Shown here: piece after piece, positions 1 to 12,951 of the stretch
How positions within the stretch are numbered: position 1 is the first letter of the stretch
Layout of the letters: the number at the start of each line of letters is the position of its first letter
NCBI RefSeq assembly: GCF_006345805.1
Contig: NC_043009.1
Span: 31,186,001-31,250,000 of the forward strand
Length of the DNA: 64,000 nt
Direction: 5' to 3'
Origin: Octopus sinensis
Taxonomy: Eukaryota
Notes under the pieces: generated by a model
What the model was told of the DNA's origin: nothing
The model's database searches: none
Seen by the model: only the letters and a program-made list of their open reading frames with translations
Position numbers and translations under genes: made by a program

Positions 1-48
1 GTTCATTAAAGAGGTTTCTCTTCACAACTTTGCAGCCAAAAGAGAGAT

Positions 49-276
49 ATATTTCTTTATTGCCCACAAGGGGCTAAACATAGAGGATACAAACAAGGAC
101 CGACATAGGTATTAAGTCGATGACATCGACTCCAGTGCGTAACTGGTGCTTATTTAATCGACCCCGAAAGGATGAAAGGCAAAGTCGACCTCAGCGGAAT
201 TTGAACTCACAACGTAACGGCAGACGAATTACGGCTACACATTTCGCCCGGTGTGCTAACGTTTCTGCCAGCTCGA
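49..276 (-). mobile_element. tRNA-derived SINE family A, full-length copy
   Basis: The minus strand reads a tRNA-like head (B-box GAGTTCAAAT), the central block GTCGACTTTGCCTTTCATCCTTTCGGGGTCGAT and a tail ending CTTGTGGGCAATAAAGAAAT. About 17 related copies occur in the window. Confidence 0.85.
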
Positions 277-702
277 TAGAGCACACACATACATACATAG
301 ATACATACATTTGTATATACGTACATACATGTGTGTGTGTGTATGTAATCCATTCCTATGGGTGACTTCACCTAATTTTCTTCAATCAACAGGGTTTGTT
401 AACACTTAAATTTATGTAAATCCTTTGCATTAAAGCAACTTTGTAACAAGAATTATTTACCAATTTCTCATTATTTCAAGATACAATCCAAAACATGGAA
501 ATTTGCTTTCATACTTATAACTTGAAAGTTTCCCATTTCGTGGTTAAAAGTCTTTGAGTTCCTCTGGTTTTGTGGTATCTCTGCCACTTAGATTATGACA
601 AAGGCATGCTTTGATTTCCACATTGAATCAATAGGCTTGTTATCTATAAATCCACACACCTTTTCTTTGCTTTTTACCTTGTAATCAACTAGCACCTTAT
701 AA

Positions 703-899
703 TGGTTTCAAATTTTGGCACAAGGCCAACAGTTTTGAGGGGAGGGTTGATTACATTGCTCCCAGTGATCCACTGGTGGCCCCCAAAAGGATGAAAAACA
801 AAGTCAACCTTGGTGGTATTTGAACTCAGAACATAAAGATGGACAAAATGGTGCTAAGCATTTTGTCTGTCATGCTAATGATTCTGCCAGGTTGCTTCC
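703..899 (-). mobile_element. SINE family A, diverged copy
   Basis: Contains AAAGGATGAAAAACAAAGTCAACC..ATTTGAACTCAGAAC..CTGCCAG, matching 49-276. Confidence 0.75.
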
Positions 900-1479
900 T
901 TGCTAGCACCATATATTATCATCTTCATTGTTGTTGGCATCATTATCATCATCATTCTTTTAATGTTTATTATTCTATTCTTGTGTGGGTCAAATAACAA
1001 TTGTTGCAGTGAATAATCTACAGCCAGATGCTCAACCTGCCACCATCCCTCACCTGTTAATAAAAAAAATATTTTACCCTTGACACGAAAATTGCAAACA
1101 AATATCAGCATCTGTCTGATGAAGCCTATTTGCAATTAGTGTGTGATGTCAAGAGCAGGAGGCACCTGCAGACACACACACACATGCAAAGACACATGTG
1201 TGTCCTTTTAGCTTTCATTTACCAAATTCTCTTACAAGATTTTGGTCAGTCTCAAGCTATAGCAGAGAGGACTGAACTCTGAGTTCTGTTATTCTGAAAC
1301 CAACTTTTTAACTACAAAACCATTTCTGTATCACTATTTAAGATATTGAGTTTCATTTTTTTTTTAGTCTATGCATCCAGAATTATTATTTGTTCAGTTT
1401 TGACTGAATTATCAGTTAATGACTCAAAGACAAATATGTAGAGAATTAAGTTTTAGTGCCAAGCACACAAATCAGCACT

Positions 1480-1795
1480 TGAATAGCAATGCATATGTAT
1501 ACACATGTTTGTGTGTGTGTGTGCATATGCCTATGTATATATGTAAATACACATATGTGCATATATACATAAATATATATTTGTATATACATGAATGTGT
1601 ATATTTGCAAGTATATATGCATGTATGTGTGTATGCATGTATGTGTGTATGCATGTATGTGTATGTATGTATGTATGTATGTGTGTCTGTATATATGTAT
1701 GCATGTATATATGCATATATTTATGTATGCATGTATGTATACATGTATGCATGTATGCATGTATGTATGCATATATGAATGTGTTTATGTATGTG
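1480..1795. repeat. compound (TG/TA/TATG)n microsatellite
   Basis: Directly visible; it produces the Y/V/C/M ORFs in the track. Confidence 0.95.
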
Positions 1796-2917
1796 CAGTA
1801 ACAGTTAACCCTTTACATAATCTGCAGTCAGTTTCTATTTGAATACCAAGAATTAGAAAAATAGCATTGTTTAAGTTCTTTCTTTACCATATTCTGAACG
1901 AAAAATTCAAGTTTGAAAAGTTTACAAATACAAATGGAAAGTCTATACCAAGAGAATTTCACAAAACTTGCATCAATGTTCAGGAGACTGGTGAATAGCT
2001 TATAGCTTCTGGCAGTTGCAGAAATGAAATCTTAAAATAAAGAAAATATTTGGATTTGTTTTTGGTTTAGTTGTGTAGAATTTTCCATATTATTTCTCAA
2101 GAGCCATGACTACAGGGTATTGTAATGTTTCTGCCGCTTATACCATGCTGTCAAACAAATAAAACAATGAGAAATTTCCCTTCCAGACTAAACGGATTTT
2201 CTACCTTCTAATTATACAGATATCTCTTCCCGATGAGATTTCTTTGAGAATAAACTAATTCTTGGGAAACTCTTAATAACAGTGGAGCACAATCAGGATA
2301 TTTTGTTTGTGTGATTCTCTCTTTTTCCATTTGAAATGTTTGAAGCAACATGAAGCATTTGCAACCTTATTCTCAGAATAACTTAGTCTTGGATACTGTA
2401 TTTTTACCTTGAAATAACAACAATGGAAAAGATTTCAACATATCAAAAGTTCATGTCAGTGACCAGAGAATAAGGAATCGATTCAACACAGGAATAATTA
2501 GCAAAAACGAAGCATGTTAATCCTCATCATCATCATCATTATTCTCTTCATCATCATTATGTTAACATCCAACTCTTCTATATTTGAGATGAGATTCATC
2601 ATAGCAGATTTTCCTGTGGTTTGATGTCCTTCCTGTTGCCAACCCTTACTTGTTTTCTTGGAAGGTAATATTTTTCTCTTTGTCCAGACATGTCTTTAGA
2701 GAAGATTGCAAGCAAATATTGCTTGTGTGAAGGTGAAGCTTGTTTACAATTGGCACATATTGAGAGGAGACACATACACACATTTTTTCTATCTCTCTTT
2801 CCTTCTCTCCCTCTCTTTCTCTCCCCTCTCTCTCTCTCTCTTTCCTTCTCTCACCTCTCTCTCTTTCCTTCTCTCCCACTCTTTCTCCTCCCCATCTCTC
2901 TCAATGATACATATCAT

Positions 2918-3330
2918 CACTATCATCATCATTTAATGTCCGTTGTCCATGTTGGCATGGGTTGGACAGTTTGACCAGGGCTGGGACGCTAGAAGTCTGC
3001 ACCAGAATCCAGTCTGTTTTAGCATGGTTTCTATGGTTGGATGCCCTTCCTAACGCCAACCACTCTGAGAGTGTAATGGGTGCTTTTACGTGCCACTGGC
3101 ATGGGTGCCATTTGTGTGACACCAGTATCTGCCACGACTGTGATTTTTCTTCTCAAGCATGACATAATGCCAAAGATCTCAATCATTGACTCCATGAGGC
3201 CCAAAATTTGAAAGGAAATTTTCACATGCCATCAGTATCAGCCACTTTGCCTCCGTGAGGTCCAACGTGTGAAAGGTGATTTTCATGTACCACCGGCACA
3301 GGTGCCAGTTATGACACCAGCATCAAACAC
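2918..3330 (-). mobile_element. RTE LINE 3' tail fragment (or non-autonomous derivative)
   Basis: Reverse complement of GGCGTTAGGAAGGGCATCCA..CATGCCAACATGGACAACGGAC-(ATG)n, the same 3' end as the RTE copies at 13.3-15.1 and 38.6-40.2 kb. Confidence 0.8.
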
Positions 3331-3589
3331 AATCACATATATATACATATATATGCATATATACATATATGTATATATGATTGATGCATATATTTATATA
3401 CATATATACAGGATCGCCAAGGTCTGCCCTATCATTAAAGGAAGAGATTTGATGGAAAATAACAGACTGGCAATGATCACACTCAAATGGTGCTTTTTAT
3501 GTGTCACACACAAACGTGTGTATGTGTGTATGTATGTATATGTGTGTATGTATATGTATATATATATATATCTATGTGTGTGTCTGTGC

Positions 3590-3792
3590 TTGTCCTACCA
3601 TCACTGTTTGACAGCAGCTGCTGGTGAAATCCTGTCTTCATAACTTAGTAGTTCAGTAAAAGAGACTGATAAAATAAGTATCACGCTTTAAAAAAAATTA
3701 TATAAAGTAGTGGAGGTCAATTCATTTGACTACAAATTCAAGGCAGTGCCCCAGCATGGTCGCAGTCTGAGACAACTAATAGAATAAAAGAA
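3590..3792 (+). mobile_element. SINE family B (CORE-like), 3' half
   Basis: TAACTTAG..GTTC.G.AAAAGAGACTGATA..AAGGCAGTGCCCCAGCATGG, matching the 3' half of 12952-13300. Confidence 0.7.
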
Positions 3793-4239
3793 AGAATGAA
3801 GTCAGCCTCAGCCGAAATTTGAACTCAGAATATTAAGAGAAATCTAATGTCAGTAAGCATTTTGCCTGGCATACTAACAGTTCTGCCACATTGCCACCTT
3901 TAAAATGATGTTGATGATGGTGGTGGTACTGGTGAACGGTGATGATGATGATGATAATGATTGTCATGGTAATGGTGATGATAATGATTTCTTATTTTAG
4001 CCACAAAGCTTAGATGAGGGAAACATCATAAGGGCAGTTTGCAATTTGTGTATTTTGGGTCTCATGGAGGCAAGGTGATTGAGTTCCTTTCAAGCGTTGG
4101 GCCTCACAGAAGGAAAGTAACTGAATTTCTTTCTATCACTGGTCCTCACGGAAGCAATGACCAAGACCTTTGGCATTATGTCATGCTTGAGAAGAAGACC
4201 CATCAAGTCAAGCAAAACCACAGTCATGGCAGATGCTGG

Positions 4240-4500
4240 TGCCACACAAATTGGCACCCGTGCCAGTGACATATAAACACACTTCGGTGCCATGCAAATG
4301 GTACATAAAAGCACCCATTACACTCTCAGAGTGGTTGGCTTTAGGAAGGGTATCCAACCATAGAAAACCATGCCATCTCAGACTGGAGTCTGATGCAGCT
4401 TTCTAGCATGCCAGCCCAGTAAAACCGCCTGACCCATGCCAGCATGGACAATGGACGTTAAATAATGTTAATGATGATGGTGGTGGTAGTGATGATGATG
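4240..4500 (+). mobile_element. RTE 3' tail fragment
   Basis: AAAGCACCCATTACACTCTCAGAGTGGTTGGC..GGAAGGGTATCC..CATGCCAGCATGGACAATGGACGTTAA followed by (ATG)n. Confidence 0.75.
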
Positions 4501-5078
4501 AGGAGGCGGAAATAGACAAGTGAATGAAATGAGATAAAGGTGTACACAGTATACAGAGCATGTGGTCACATGACTGATACGGTCCTCTTGATAGAGGAGA
4601 AACTCCAAATAGGGTCAATCTAAGAACTCTACAAATCCAGTATTCCCCTAACCACCAAAAGCACAAGCCCTCACCCACCTATTGCTCTCTAATCTACAGG
4701 GTCATGGTTAGAGTAAAGCCTTCCATCCTACCCATTCTTGCCACAGTCGTCCGAACAGCACTTGCTACTTTCTGGTCTATTGTCATTAAATGTAATATAA
4801 ATGTATTATTATATTATATTATATTATAATTATATTGCATTATATTATAAATATATTGTAATTATGTCAACATATTTGTATTATATTGAAATAAAATCAA
4901 ATTAAAAAAGTAAAAATGTAAAAGTAAAAAGAAACTTGTTTAATCATATTTTGTTTTTATCTTGTTCTCTTCTCCAACACTATAAGGTGTTAGAACATGT
5001 CTGCAAGTATTCAGTTGCTCATTGTGGTGTGGAGGGTAAGAATATACATACATGCATCTATATATATATGTGTGTGTG

Positions 5079-5114
<36 letters not shown>

Positions 5115-5879
5115 TATACATATAGATATACATACATACATACATCTATTGTATATATGTATGTGTATACATACATCAATTATATATATATATATATTAT
5201 ATATATATATATATATAATATATATAACACATAAATTTTTATATATCTAACACATAATATAAATGCTTATATGTATATGCATTACATAAAATATGTATCT
5301 ATGAATATATATGCATGTATACATACATGCTCACATGCACATACACACACACAAACATACTGTGTACATATACGTACACTTACACACACAGACACACATA
5401 AACAACATTCACACATACACAAAGACACACACATACATATATATTGACTGTGTACATACTGAAACATTTATGTATCTTTACATAGACAGATAGGTGTATG
5501 TGTGCAGATGTTTATATGTGTGTGTGTGAGATTATAATTATATTTTCTAACACTAACATTGAATGAATATGTACTAAATTGCACTTATTTCCCAATAGTT
5601 GTGCACTGAACACATTAATGCAGTGCTTTTTTTGTTTTGCTTTGTTTTTGTTTTTTTGTAAATTAAATAAAAACACATTATATCATGTGACAAACAAATA
5701 TGTATGACCTAATTGGAGTCCAAAAGACTTGTATGTACACTTTATATACATCATTTATGAAGGTGTCTACAAATGAAGAGAAACACATACATACATTCGT
5801 ACAAACACACCTGTATTGTGATTGGGTGAAACTAGTGCAGGAATCTTGAATTACAAAAAGAAAAAAAAACGAGCGAAAA

Positions 5880-6400
5880 TATTGATTCCAAATTTTGACA
5901 TAAGGTCAGTGATTTTGGAGGAGAAGGTAAGTTGATTAAATCGACCCCAGTACATGACTGGTATTAATTTTATTGACTCCAAAAGGATGAATGCAAATTC
6001 GGTCTCAGTGAAATTTGAACTAAGAACATAAAGACAGACAAAATGCTGTTAAGCGTTTTGTTGAGTGTGTCAACCTTTCTGCCAGCTCTCTGCCTTAAAA
6101 TAAGCATAAATATCAATTTTAAATTTTCACACAAGGCCAATAATTTCAGGGAAGAGGATAAGTCAATTATTTCGACACCCCACCCAGTGTCCAACTGGTA
6201 TTTATTTTATCAATGCCAAAAGGATGAAAGGCAAAGCTGACTTCAGTGGAATTTGAATTCAGAATATAAAGACAAATAAAATGCTGCTAAGCATTTTGCT
6301 GGGCATTCTAATGACTCTGCCTTAAGGGTTTCAAATTTCAGCAGAAAGCCAGGAAGTTCAGAAGGGTAGGGTTAAGCAGATTACATCAACACCAATGCTC
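5880..6400 (-). mobile_element. tandem head-to-tail SINE family A copies (two complete plus one partial)
   Basis: The AAAGGATGAA..GAATTTGAACT..GCTAAGC block occurs at ~5980-6060 and ~6220-6295, and a third tail starts at ~6330. Confidence 0.7.
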
Positions 6401-6819
6401 AACCCAAGGGTTGATGCAGGAGAGGAAGGAAGGAAGATGGAAAGAAAATGAAATGGATGTGGAGTCACAAAGCACGTGGCACCATCAGCCGAGCCTGCTT
6501 GTTGTCGAGTAGGAGCCAGCTGGGGAAGACATGCACAATCGGCAGTGAGCAGACAGCAAAAAAAAAACAAAGAGGCAGGCGGGTGGCCTCCACATGAGTG
6601 CTGCACTGTACTGCACTATTAGAGGGCTGAAGAAAAGAAGGTGAGGGGGCCAGCTGCAGCTTATGATGGGACGGATCAGTTGGCATGTTAGTCATTGGCA
6701 GACACTGTAGTATGCGAGCTAGCAAACCACTGAAGCACAGTTAGCAGTAATGATCCTTCTGCAGGCTCACCTACAGAAACCTTGTTATGATTTTTACTTA
6801 TTCTAAGTTTGGCAAGTGG

Positions 6820-6962
6820 TCTCAGATATTTCTTTCACCAACCCCCAAAGGATGGAAGGCAAAGTTGTCATTGGTGGGATTTGAACTCAAAACATAAGGA
6901 TAGATGAAATGCCATGAAGCATTTTGCTCAACATGCTAATGATTCTGTCCACTTACTGCCTG
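6820..6962 (-). mobile_element. SINE family A, diverged copy
   Basis: CAAAGGATGGAAGGCAAAGTTG..GGATTTGAACTCAAAAC..GAAGCATTTTG. Confidence 0.7.
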
Positions 6963-7189
6963 AAAATAAGCATAAATAACAAAATACAGTCATTTGAAAA
7001 AGTGGGACTAGCTTGCTTAGTGGTCACTCACCATTGAGAATGACCCAGTAGTTTGTACAATGCTTTTGCTTATTGTTTTATCTACTTATGAAGGGACAAG
7101 TACACACTGACCTCATCTTGACCACTCCATCCTTGGCCCAGTAAAACATTGAAGATGTGATAGCTGGAGGAGGAGAAAGGGCTGCCTCA

Positions 7190-7335
7190 GCAACCAGCTG
7201 CTGCACATCTTCAGTTGAGTTAAATGGAACAATGTGAAATGAAGAGCCTTGTTCAAGAACACAATGTATGTCCTGTCAATGAATCAAACCCATCACCTTT
7301 TGATTGTTAACCTAATGACATAACCGCAAGACAAT
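7190..7335 (-). mobile_element. SINE family D (CORE-like) fragment
   Basis: GAACAATGTGAAATGAAGAGCCTTGTTCAAGAACACAA..GAATCAAACC, homologous to 50245-50408. Confidence 0.6.
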
Positions 7336-8098
7336 CAGCCTCCAAAGCTGCAAAGTAAAGAACGTAGCATTTTGTGAATGTAGCATGAGGAAATTTGTTG
7401 TTGATGCATGAAATGTTTAATTCATGTGGCACTTTATGTTCTTTGTTCATCACAGTGAGAGTGATGAAGGTGTTAACACTTGGTCTTCATTAATTCATCT
7501 TTAATTCTTTTTCCTGTTTTTTTTTTTCTTTTTCTTAATTTAAAATGTTTGTACCTTGAGTGACAAATTGATGTGTGTCACATTTTTCTACTTTTGGTAA
7601 ACAAGACTGCAAGAAAGTTGCTGGATATCAAATGATAGAACTCTAACTTTGAAATGTCTGATTTGCTGCCAGTTTTAAACAGTTCTGTAAACTATACAAA
7701 TTTGTCACCAAAATTTTCCCTCAGATCTTCTGAATATAATTTGACAAGATTTGTTGACTTTTACCATTATTTTCATGGGCAAATGACTACAACTGATGAA
7801 GGAATCCAAACCACAGCACTCATTCTAATAGGCGTTCTTGACAGGGCCGGAAGGAACCTGTCACTTGTCTCGACATTATGGACTAAATGTAAACAAAGAT
7901 CTCTCTGTGATTAAAATAGTGTTGTTGGTTTGAAATGGTATGTTCATATGTTTCATGATAATTGTGCTGCTTGCATTTGAAAGGCAAGAGGAAGTATTAT
8001 TTTACTTTGAAATAGGTGAGGGGGATGACAGGAAGAGCATCCAGTTGTAGAAAGTTTACTTCAACAAATTTGTCTGATGAATGCAGACATGGGAAGTA

Positions 8099-8135
<37 letters not shown>

Positions 8136-9700
8136 CAATGACAACAACAATGATGATGGTAATGATGATGTGTAGAAGGGGAGATGACAATGACAACAAG
8201 GAGGAGAATGAAGATTTTGATGATGATGACATTGATACCACTGCCACTACCACCATCAGCCCAGCCACTGATGATAACATTGATGGTGACAATGATGTTG
8301 ATGATACTAATTATACGACAAAAGTGAAAATAAAATTAATATATCTTTCCTTCGTAAATAGTATAATCCCGTCAAACTGATGAATTCTCAAATTTCAAAT
8401 CGGAATAACTTTTCCTTTGTTTTCAGGAATATTTATTAATTCTATCAAGAAAAAAAAAAAGATGGGGTCAAACAGCTCGTAATTCTAAGGACTCCAGCTA
8501 ATTTCAATTATGAGGAATGCCAACAGTTTCATTTCTACCGTAAAATGAAAGGCCACATTTGATATAAATCCCCTTTATATCTTATTTATTCCACATGTGT
8601 GCACAAATACTTTTGTTGGGTCTCCATTTCTTTCACAAACTAGGAACCAGCACATTTACCATTGTTTTTATGCATTAACATTGAAATTAAAGCTTGTTCA
8701 TGTGAGGTATTTCCTTCATGTTGACCAAATAGATTTCTTGTATTTTCCCAATCATTAAACAGTTCTCTGCTAATCTTTGATGAACATCCTGAAGTCAATA
8801 ACGTTGCATAGGAACCAGAATGGGCTTCCTCTGCTTTCTGAACAGCATAACCAATTTCTTGCATGAGCATGTGTGAAATAAAACTTCTGACAACACTGCT
8901 GCACTTGATTTTTATTGTTGAAAGCTGTGCAATTGCATGGATGAAGAGAAGTCACGATTAGAATGTTGGCATTCATCACTTTTCCTTTACTGTTCCATAT
9001 TCACAATTACAAACATCAAGATTGTTTGACCATTCACCAATATCATTAGAGGACTTGTTCTTTTCTCTAGTTATTTCACATTCAATGGATGCTGGCTGTT
9101 GCTGCTTGTTTTCCACTACAATAATACTAGTGATTCTCAAACCTCCAGCATCTGTCATTATAGCACCATCATCATTCCCAAGAAAATCTAAACATTCTTT
9201 TAGCTTACATGTTCTTACTATCACAAGTTATTCCCTTCCTTAACATTATATATATTTTGCAGTTCCAGAAGTATGATGACATCCTGTGTCTCCAATCAAC
9301 TCTTCATTGCTATTTGCAGTAAAAAAAAAAATTGAAATTAATAGTTTATGTAAAGAAAGATATGAAGTATAGTGACAAGATGAGGTTGTTCCATAAGGTA
9401 CGAGTTACAAAATGTAGTGAGTTATAAAATAGCCGCTTCCAGAAATGCAGTGTTCCAAAATTCTGATGCAATTTTTATCAAATTAGTGATAGTTTTGATA
9501 AATTAACATTGAAAATGCCACTATATTAATTTTGTCAAGTCAACACTAAAAATGTTACTAAGTTAATTTTGGTAATCTAACATGGAAAATGTTACTTTAT
9601 CAATTTAAATTAGTTGTTTCTATTTTCTTTGATGATATAAGGTTAAGGTAAAATCTGTACACAATAAAATATTTCTTGGAGTAAAGACTGTTTGCCAACA

Positions 9701-9871
9701 TAACATGGCAGTCCTGGTTTAGAACGAATGTTGCTGTAATTTAGCCCCAAGAGACATCGTCTCCAGCTGGCTATATGGCACAATCTGTGTCCTTGTTTAT
9801 AGCCAACTGGAAACGGTGTCTCCTGGGACTAAATTACAGCAACATCGTACTACATTATGACTTCCATGTTA
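9701..9871. mobile_element. hairpin MITE-like inverted repeat
   Basis: Arm AACATGGCAGTC..ATGTTGCTGTAATTTAGCCCCAAGAGACATCGTCTCCAGCTGGCTATA pairs with TATAGCCAACTGGAAACGGTGTCTCCTGGGACTAAATTACAGCAACAT..GACTTCCATGTT; loop ~22 nt. Confidence 0.7.
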
Positions 9872-10873
9872 TCATCATCATCATCATCGTTATATTGGTA
9901 AAAATCTTTACTCCAAAGTACGGTTGCTGAATATCTCTCGTTGTGAGATTTAAAAATAGTAATTCTCTAAAATGTTTCTTGTTTAAAATTTGATTTGACT
10001 TTTTAAAAAAAATTTGGCAAGTAAAAGTGGTAACAAAAGGAAAAACAAAATCATTAAAAGATGTTTATGACAAATGAATGGCGACATAATTAATTGAACG
10101 CTTTTCCTCTCCTTCAATGTCTTATTTGTGAATAGAATAAGTCTGAAATTTTTGATACCAGTTAATTACAAGATAAAGGAATTTGAGTGAATGTGAACAT
10201 ACCAAGATCCTCGAACAATGATAAAAAAAGAAATTCACAATATCTTCATTTATAAAGTATTTTTACGAACTCATGAACCGAATTTTAAAAGATTTTTTAT
10301 CAAAGAAGCAAATTTGATGAGCAGCTGAAATCTGAATCTTGCAAATTAAGACTTAATTCTCATGTAGAATTTTCTGAACTGAGAAATGTTGTAAGTCATT
10401 TGCACTGGTTTTGAGGGGTTTACATATCAGGAAAATCTGCTCATTTGCAAAGATACTAAAATACATCTTGATACACTTTTATCTTTGCCTAAACAAAACC
10501 TATCTATTGTATGGAATAGTAATTATCTTTATGGTTCCAAATGTATATTTTAAGGACCAATGGTAGGTAACCAAAATCTGTTCAACTATTTCTTATTTTC
10601 TTTGAAGTCTGATAATCACCTGCAAGTCAGTATACTTGACACATTTACAAGGTTAGCTCCAGGGGAACACTTCATAGATAAGGTGAATTATGTTACCATT
10701 CTTTCACTCACATTCATTCAATCCATTCTTTAAAAAAAATCTCCTATTTCTCAAAGATCTAGCAATGTGAAAACATGTTTCAACCAGCAATTCAAAGTGG
10801 AATGATTTTTATTGAAGAATGTCTTGTAACTGCGAACCTACCACCACCACCATCACAACCAATTTATCCAATA

Positions 10874-11090
10874 CCTATTTCTTTACTATCCACAAGGGGC
10901 TAAACACAGACGGGACAAACAAGGACAGACAAATGGATTAAGTCTATTATATCGACCCCAGTGCGTAACTGGTACTTATTTAATCGACCCCGAAAGGATG
11001 AAAGACAAAGTCAACCTCTGCAGAATTTGAACTCAGAATGTAATGGCAGACGAAATACCGCTAAGCATTTCGCCCAGCATGCTAATGTGT
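10874..11090 (-). mobile_element. SINE family A, full-length copy
   Basis: High similarity to 49-276 along its whole length. Confidence 0.85.
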
Positions 11091-11899
11091 CTCTCTCATA
11101 TATGAACACCATCAACATTTTGGCAATTTCTTGAACCAAAAGTTACCTTTTAGTAGATGTGAACAGCTGCATATTTCGCCTCAAGTTCTTGGTTTCATTT
11201 TAAACCAAACTTAAGAATTAAAGCTACAACATTACGAGAATTCACCAATATAAGCATTCAAGATTCAGAACTTTAATATTCATTTTAGATCTTCTAACCA
11301 TAACATAAAGTAAATTTGTTTTGGTAACCTAACATTGAAAATATCACTATATTAATTAAAACTTGCTATTTCATTTTTAATGTTTGTTTAACAGGATAAG
11401 GTTAAAGTAGTAACAATAAAATGTTTCTTAATGGTTCTGTTTACCATTCTGATTTGATTTAATGAAGAGGGTTAATAATATATTAACAATAATCAGATTC
11501 CTTCAACAGAGTCCATTTACGAGCAAAATGATAACGATGCTCAAATATTTGTGTTAATGAGTTTCATATATTTAAAAAGAAAACTAGAATGGCAAGATAA
11601 TTAATTAGCAACTGACAGAAATGGAAATCATTTATGGTTGTCATTCAATGTGGTTATAGCAATTTGTTTATTTCAAAATGTATTGGATCTCGGAAGTATT
11701 CCGAGTATTGTGTTGTGTATCAATCTTATTTTCCCAAGCATTTGTAACAAGTGAAGGCAGTGTAGTTTAGTGTGCCAAAGCAATGGATCTTTGAAATGGA
11801 GTTTGACAACTTGCAAGTATTTAGAGCAGGGGCGACCTGCAGCGTATGATACTTTTGGCATAGGTTTAATCCAGCACAAGTGTACATGCACATACATGT

Positions 11900-12402
11900 T
11901 GAAGTCAGCCTGTAATGACATGCATAAGATCTGGTCATCAAATATAAGTAGAGACTTCAAACTTGAAATCTTCAAAGCCACAGTCGAACCAATTCTACTA
12001 TATGGCTCAGAAACCTGGACATTATCAAAGAAGTTTGAGAGGCGGTTGGATGGAACCTACACTCGCCTCCTTATGAGAGCTCAAAATCTCTCGTGTAAGC
12101 GTCATCCAACCAAAATGCAAATATATGGGAAACTACCACCTGTGTCATCTCTTCTGAAATGTAGAAGAGTCCAGATTGCTGGACATTGTTGTAAAGCTGA
12201 AAACGAGGCAATTTCTACTCTTCTCCTCTGGAAGCCATCTACTCGCAATACCAGAGGGCACACACTCTCCTACCCTGATGTAATCTCCAGGGATACAGGC
12301 ATCCAGCAACAGGACCTTCGTAATGCTATAATGGACTGCGAAGTCTGGTGTAGCATGGTAAATTCCATTGTCTCGACCACGGTCGAACAATGATGATGAT
12401 TG
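11900..12402 (+). mobile_element. RTE/RTEX-group non-LTR retrotransposon 3' fragment (RT C-terminal region), second family
   Basis: ORF 11770-12393 encodes KIWSSNISRDFKLEIFKATVEPILLYGSETWTL..RLDGTYTRLL..RRVQIAGHC, a typical RTE-group post-RT region. The stop codon runs straight into a (TGA)n tail. The first ~130 nt of the ORF are unrelated flank. Confidence 0.8.
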
Positions 12403-12750
12403 GGGTGTGACCATACTGGGTCACTGCCTTGAGATGTTTTAGTTAAACAAATCATCCCCAAAGTTTATTTTCCTTTTATATAGCTAGTACTTAATATTCT
12501 ATCAGTCTTGTTTACCAAACTGTTAAGTTACAGGGATGTAAAAAAAAAAAAAATAGTTTTCAAGTATTAATGGTGAAAGACACAGACACACAGACACACA
12601 CACATAATGTGCTTCTATGCTGATTCCAGTTATCAAATTCACTCACATGGTATTGGTCAGCCTTTAACCATAGCAGAAGATGCCTGCAAGAATCAATTTG
12701 TCATGTTGAGGCAAGTGAAACCAGCTTCTTAACGACAGAGCCATGCCTTT
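12400..12750 (-). mobile_element. SINE family B, diverged copy
   Basis: Reverse complement of the family B head (GGCATGGCTCTG..TAAGAAGCTGG) and tail (TAACTTAACAGTTTGGTAAAC). Confidence 0.65.
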
Positions 12751-12951
12751 GATAGAATAAACAAAGCCACTGGCCAGAGTGGGTCATGAAATCACATCAT
12801 ATGCATTATCCACATGACACACTAACCAATTGAGCTATGTATTCGTGTGTGTGTGTGTGTGTGTCTGTCTGCATGTGTGCATGCATGTATGCATATATGC
12901 ACATGTATACATACATATATACATACACACACACACACACACATATATATA

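Noticed and set aside
1117-1160. Isolated CTGATGA hits here and at ~7794 and ~8377
   Set aside because: There is no downstream stem II-GAAA-stem III arrangement; such hits are expected by chance in AT-rich DNA.
1419-1842. Overlapping 60-150 aa ORFs rich in Y/I/V/C/M/H/T here and at 5, 20, 22-23, 27, 41-42, 48-49 and 61 kb
   Set aside because: They are translations of (TA), (TG), (TATG) and (TATC) microsatellites, which lack stops in several frames.
6400-6780. GC-richer island with a CACGTG box and a possible donor GAAG/GTGAGG, considered as a promoter or first exon
   Set aside because: There is no supporting ORF, CpG enrichment or second copy; it cannot be told apart from an unclassified repeat.
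8081-8380. Poly-M/D/T ORF resembling an acidic protein
   Set aside because: It is a (GAT/GAC)n-derived low-complexity sequence.
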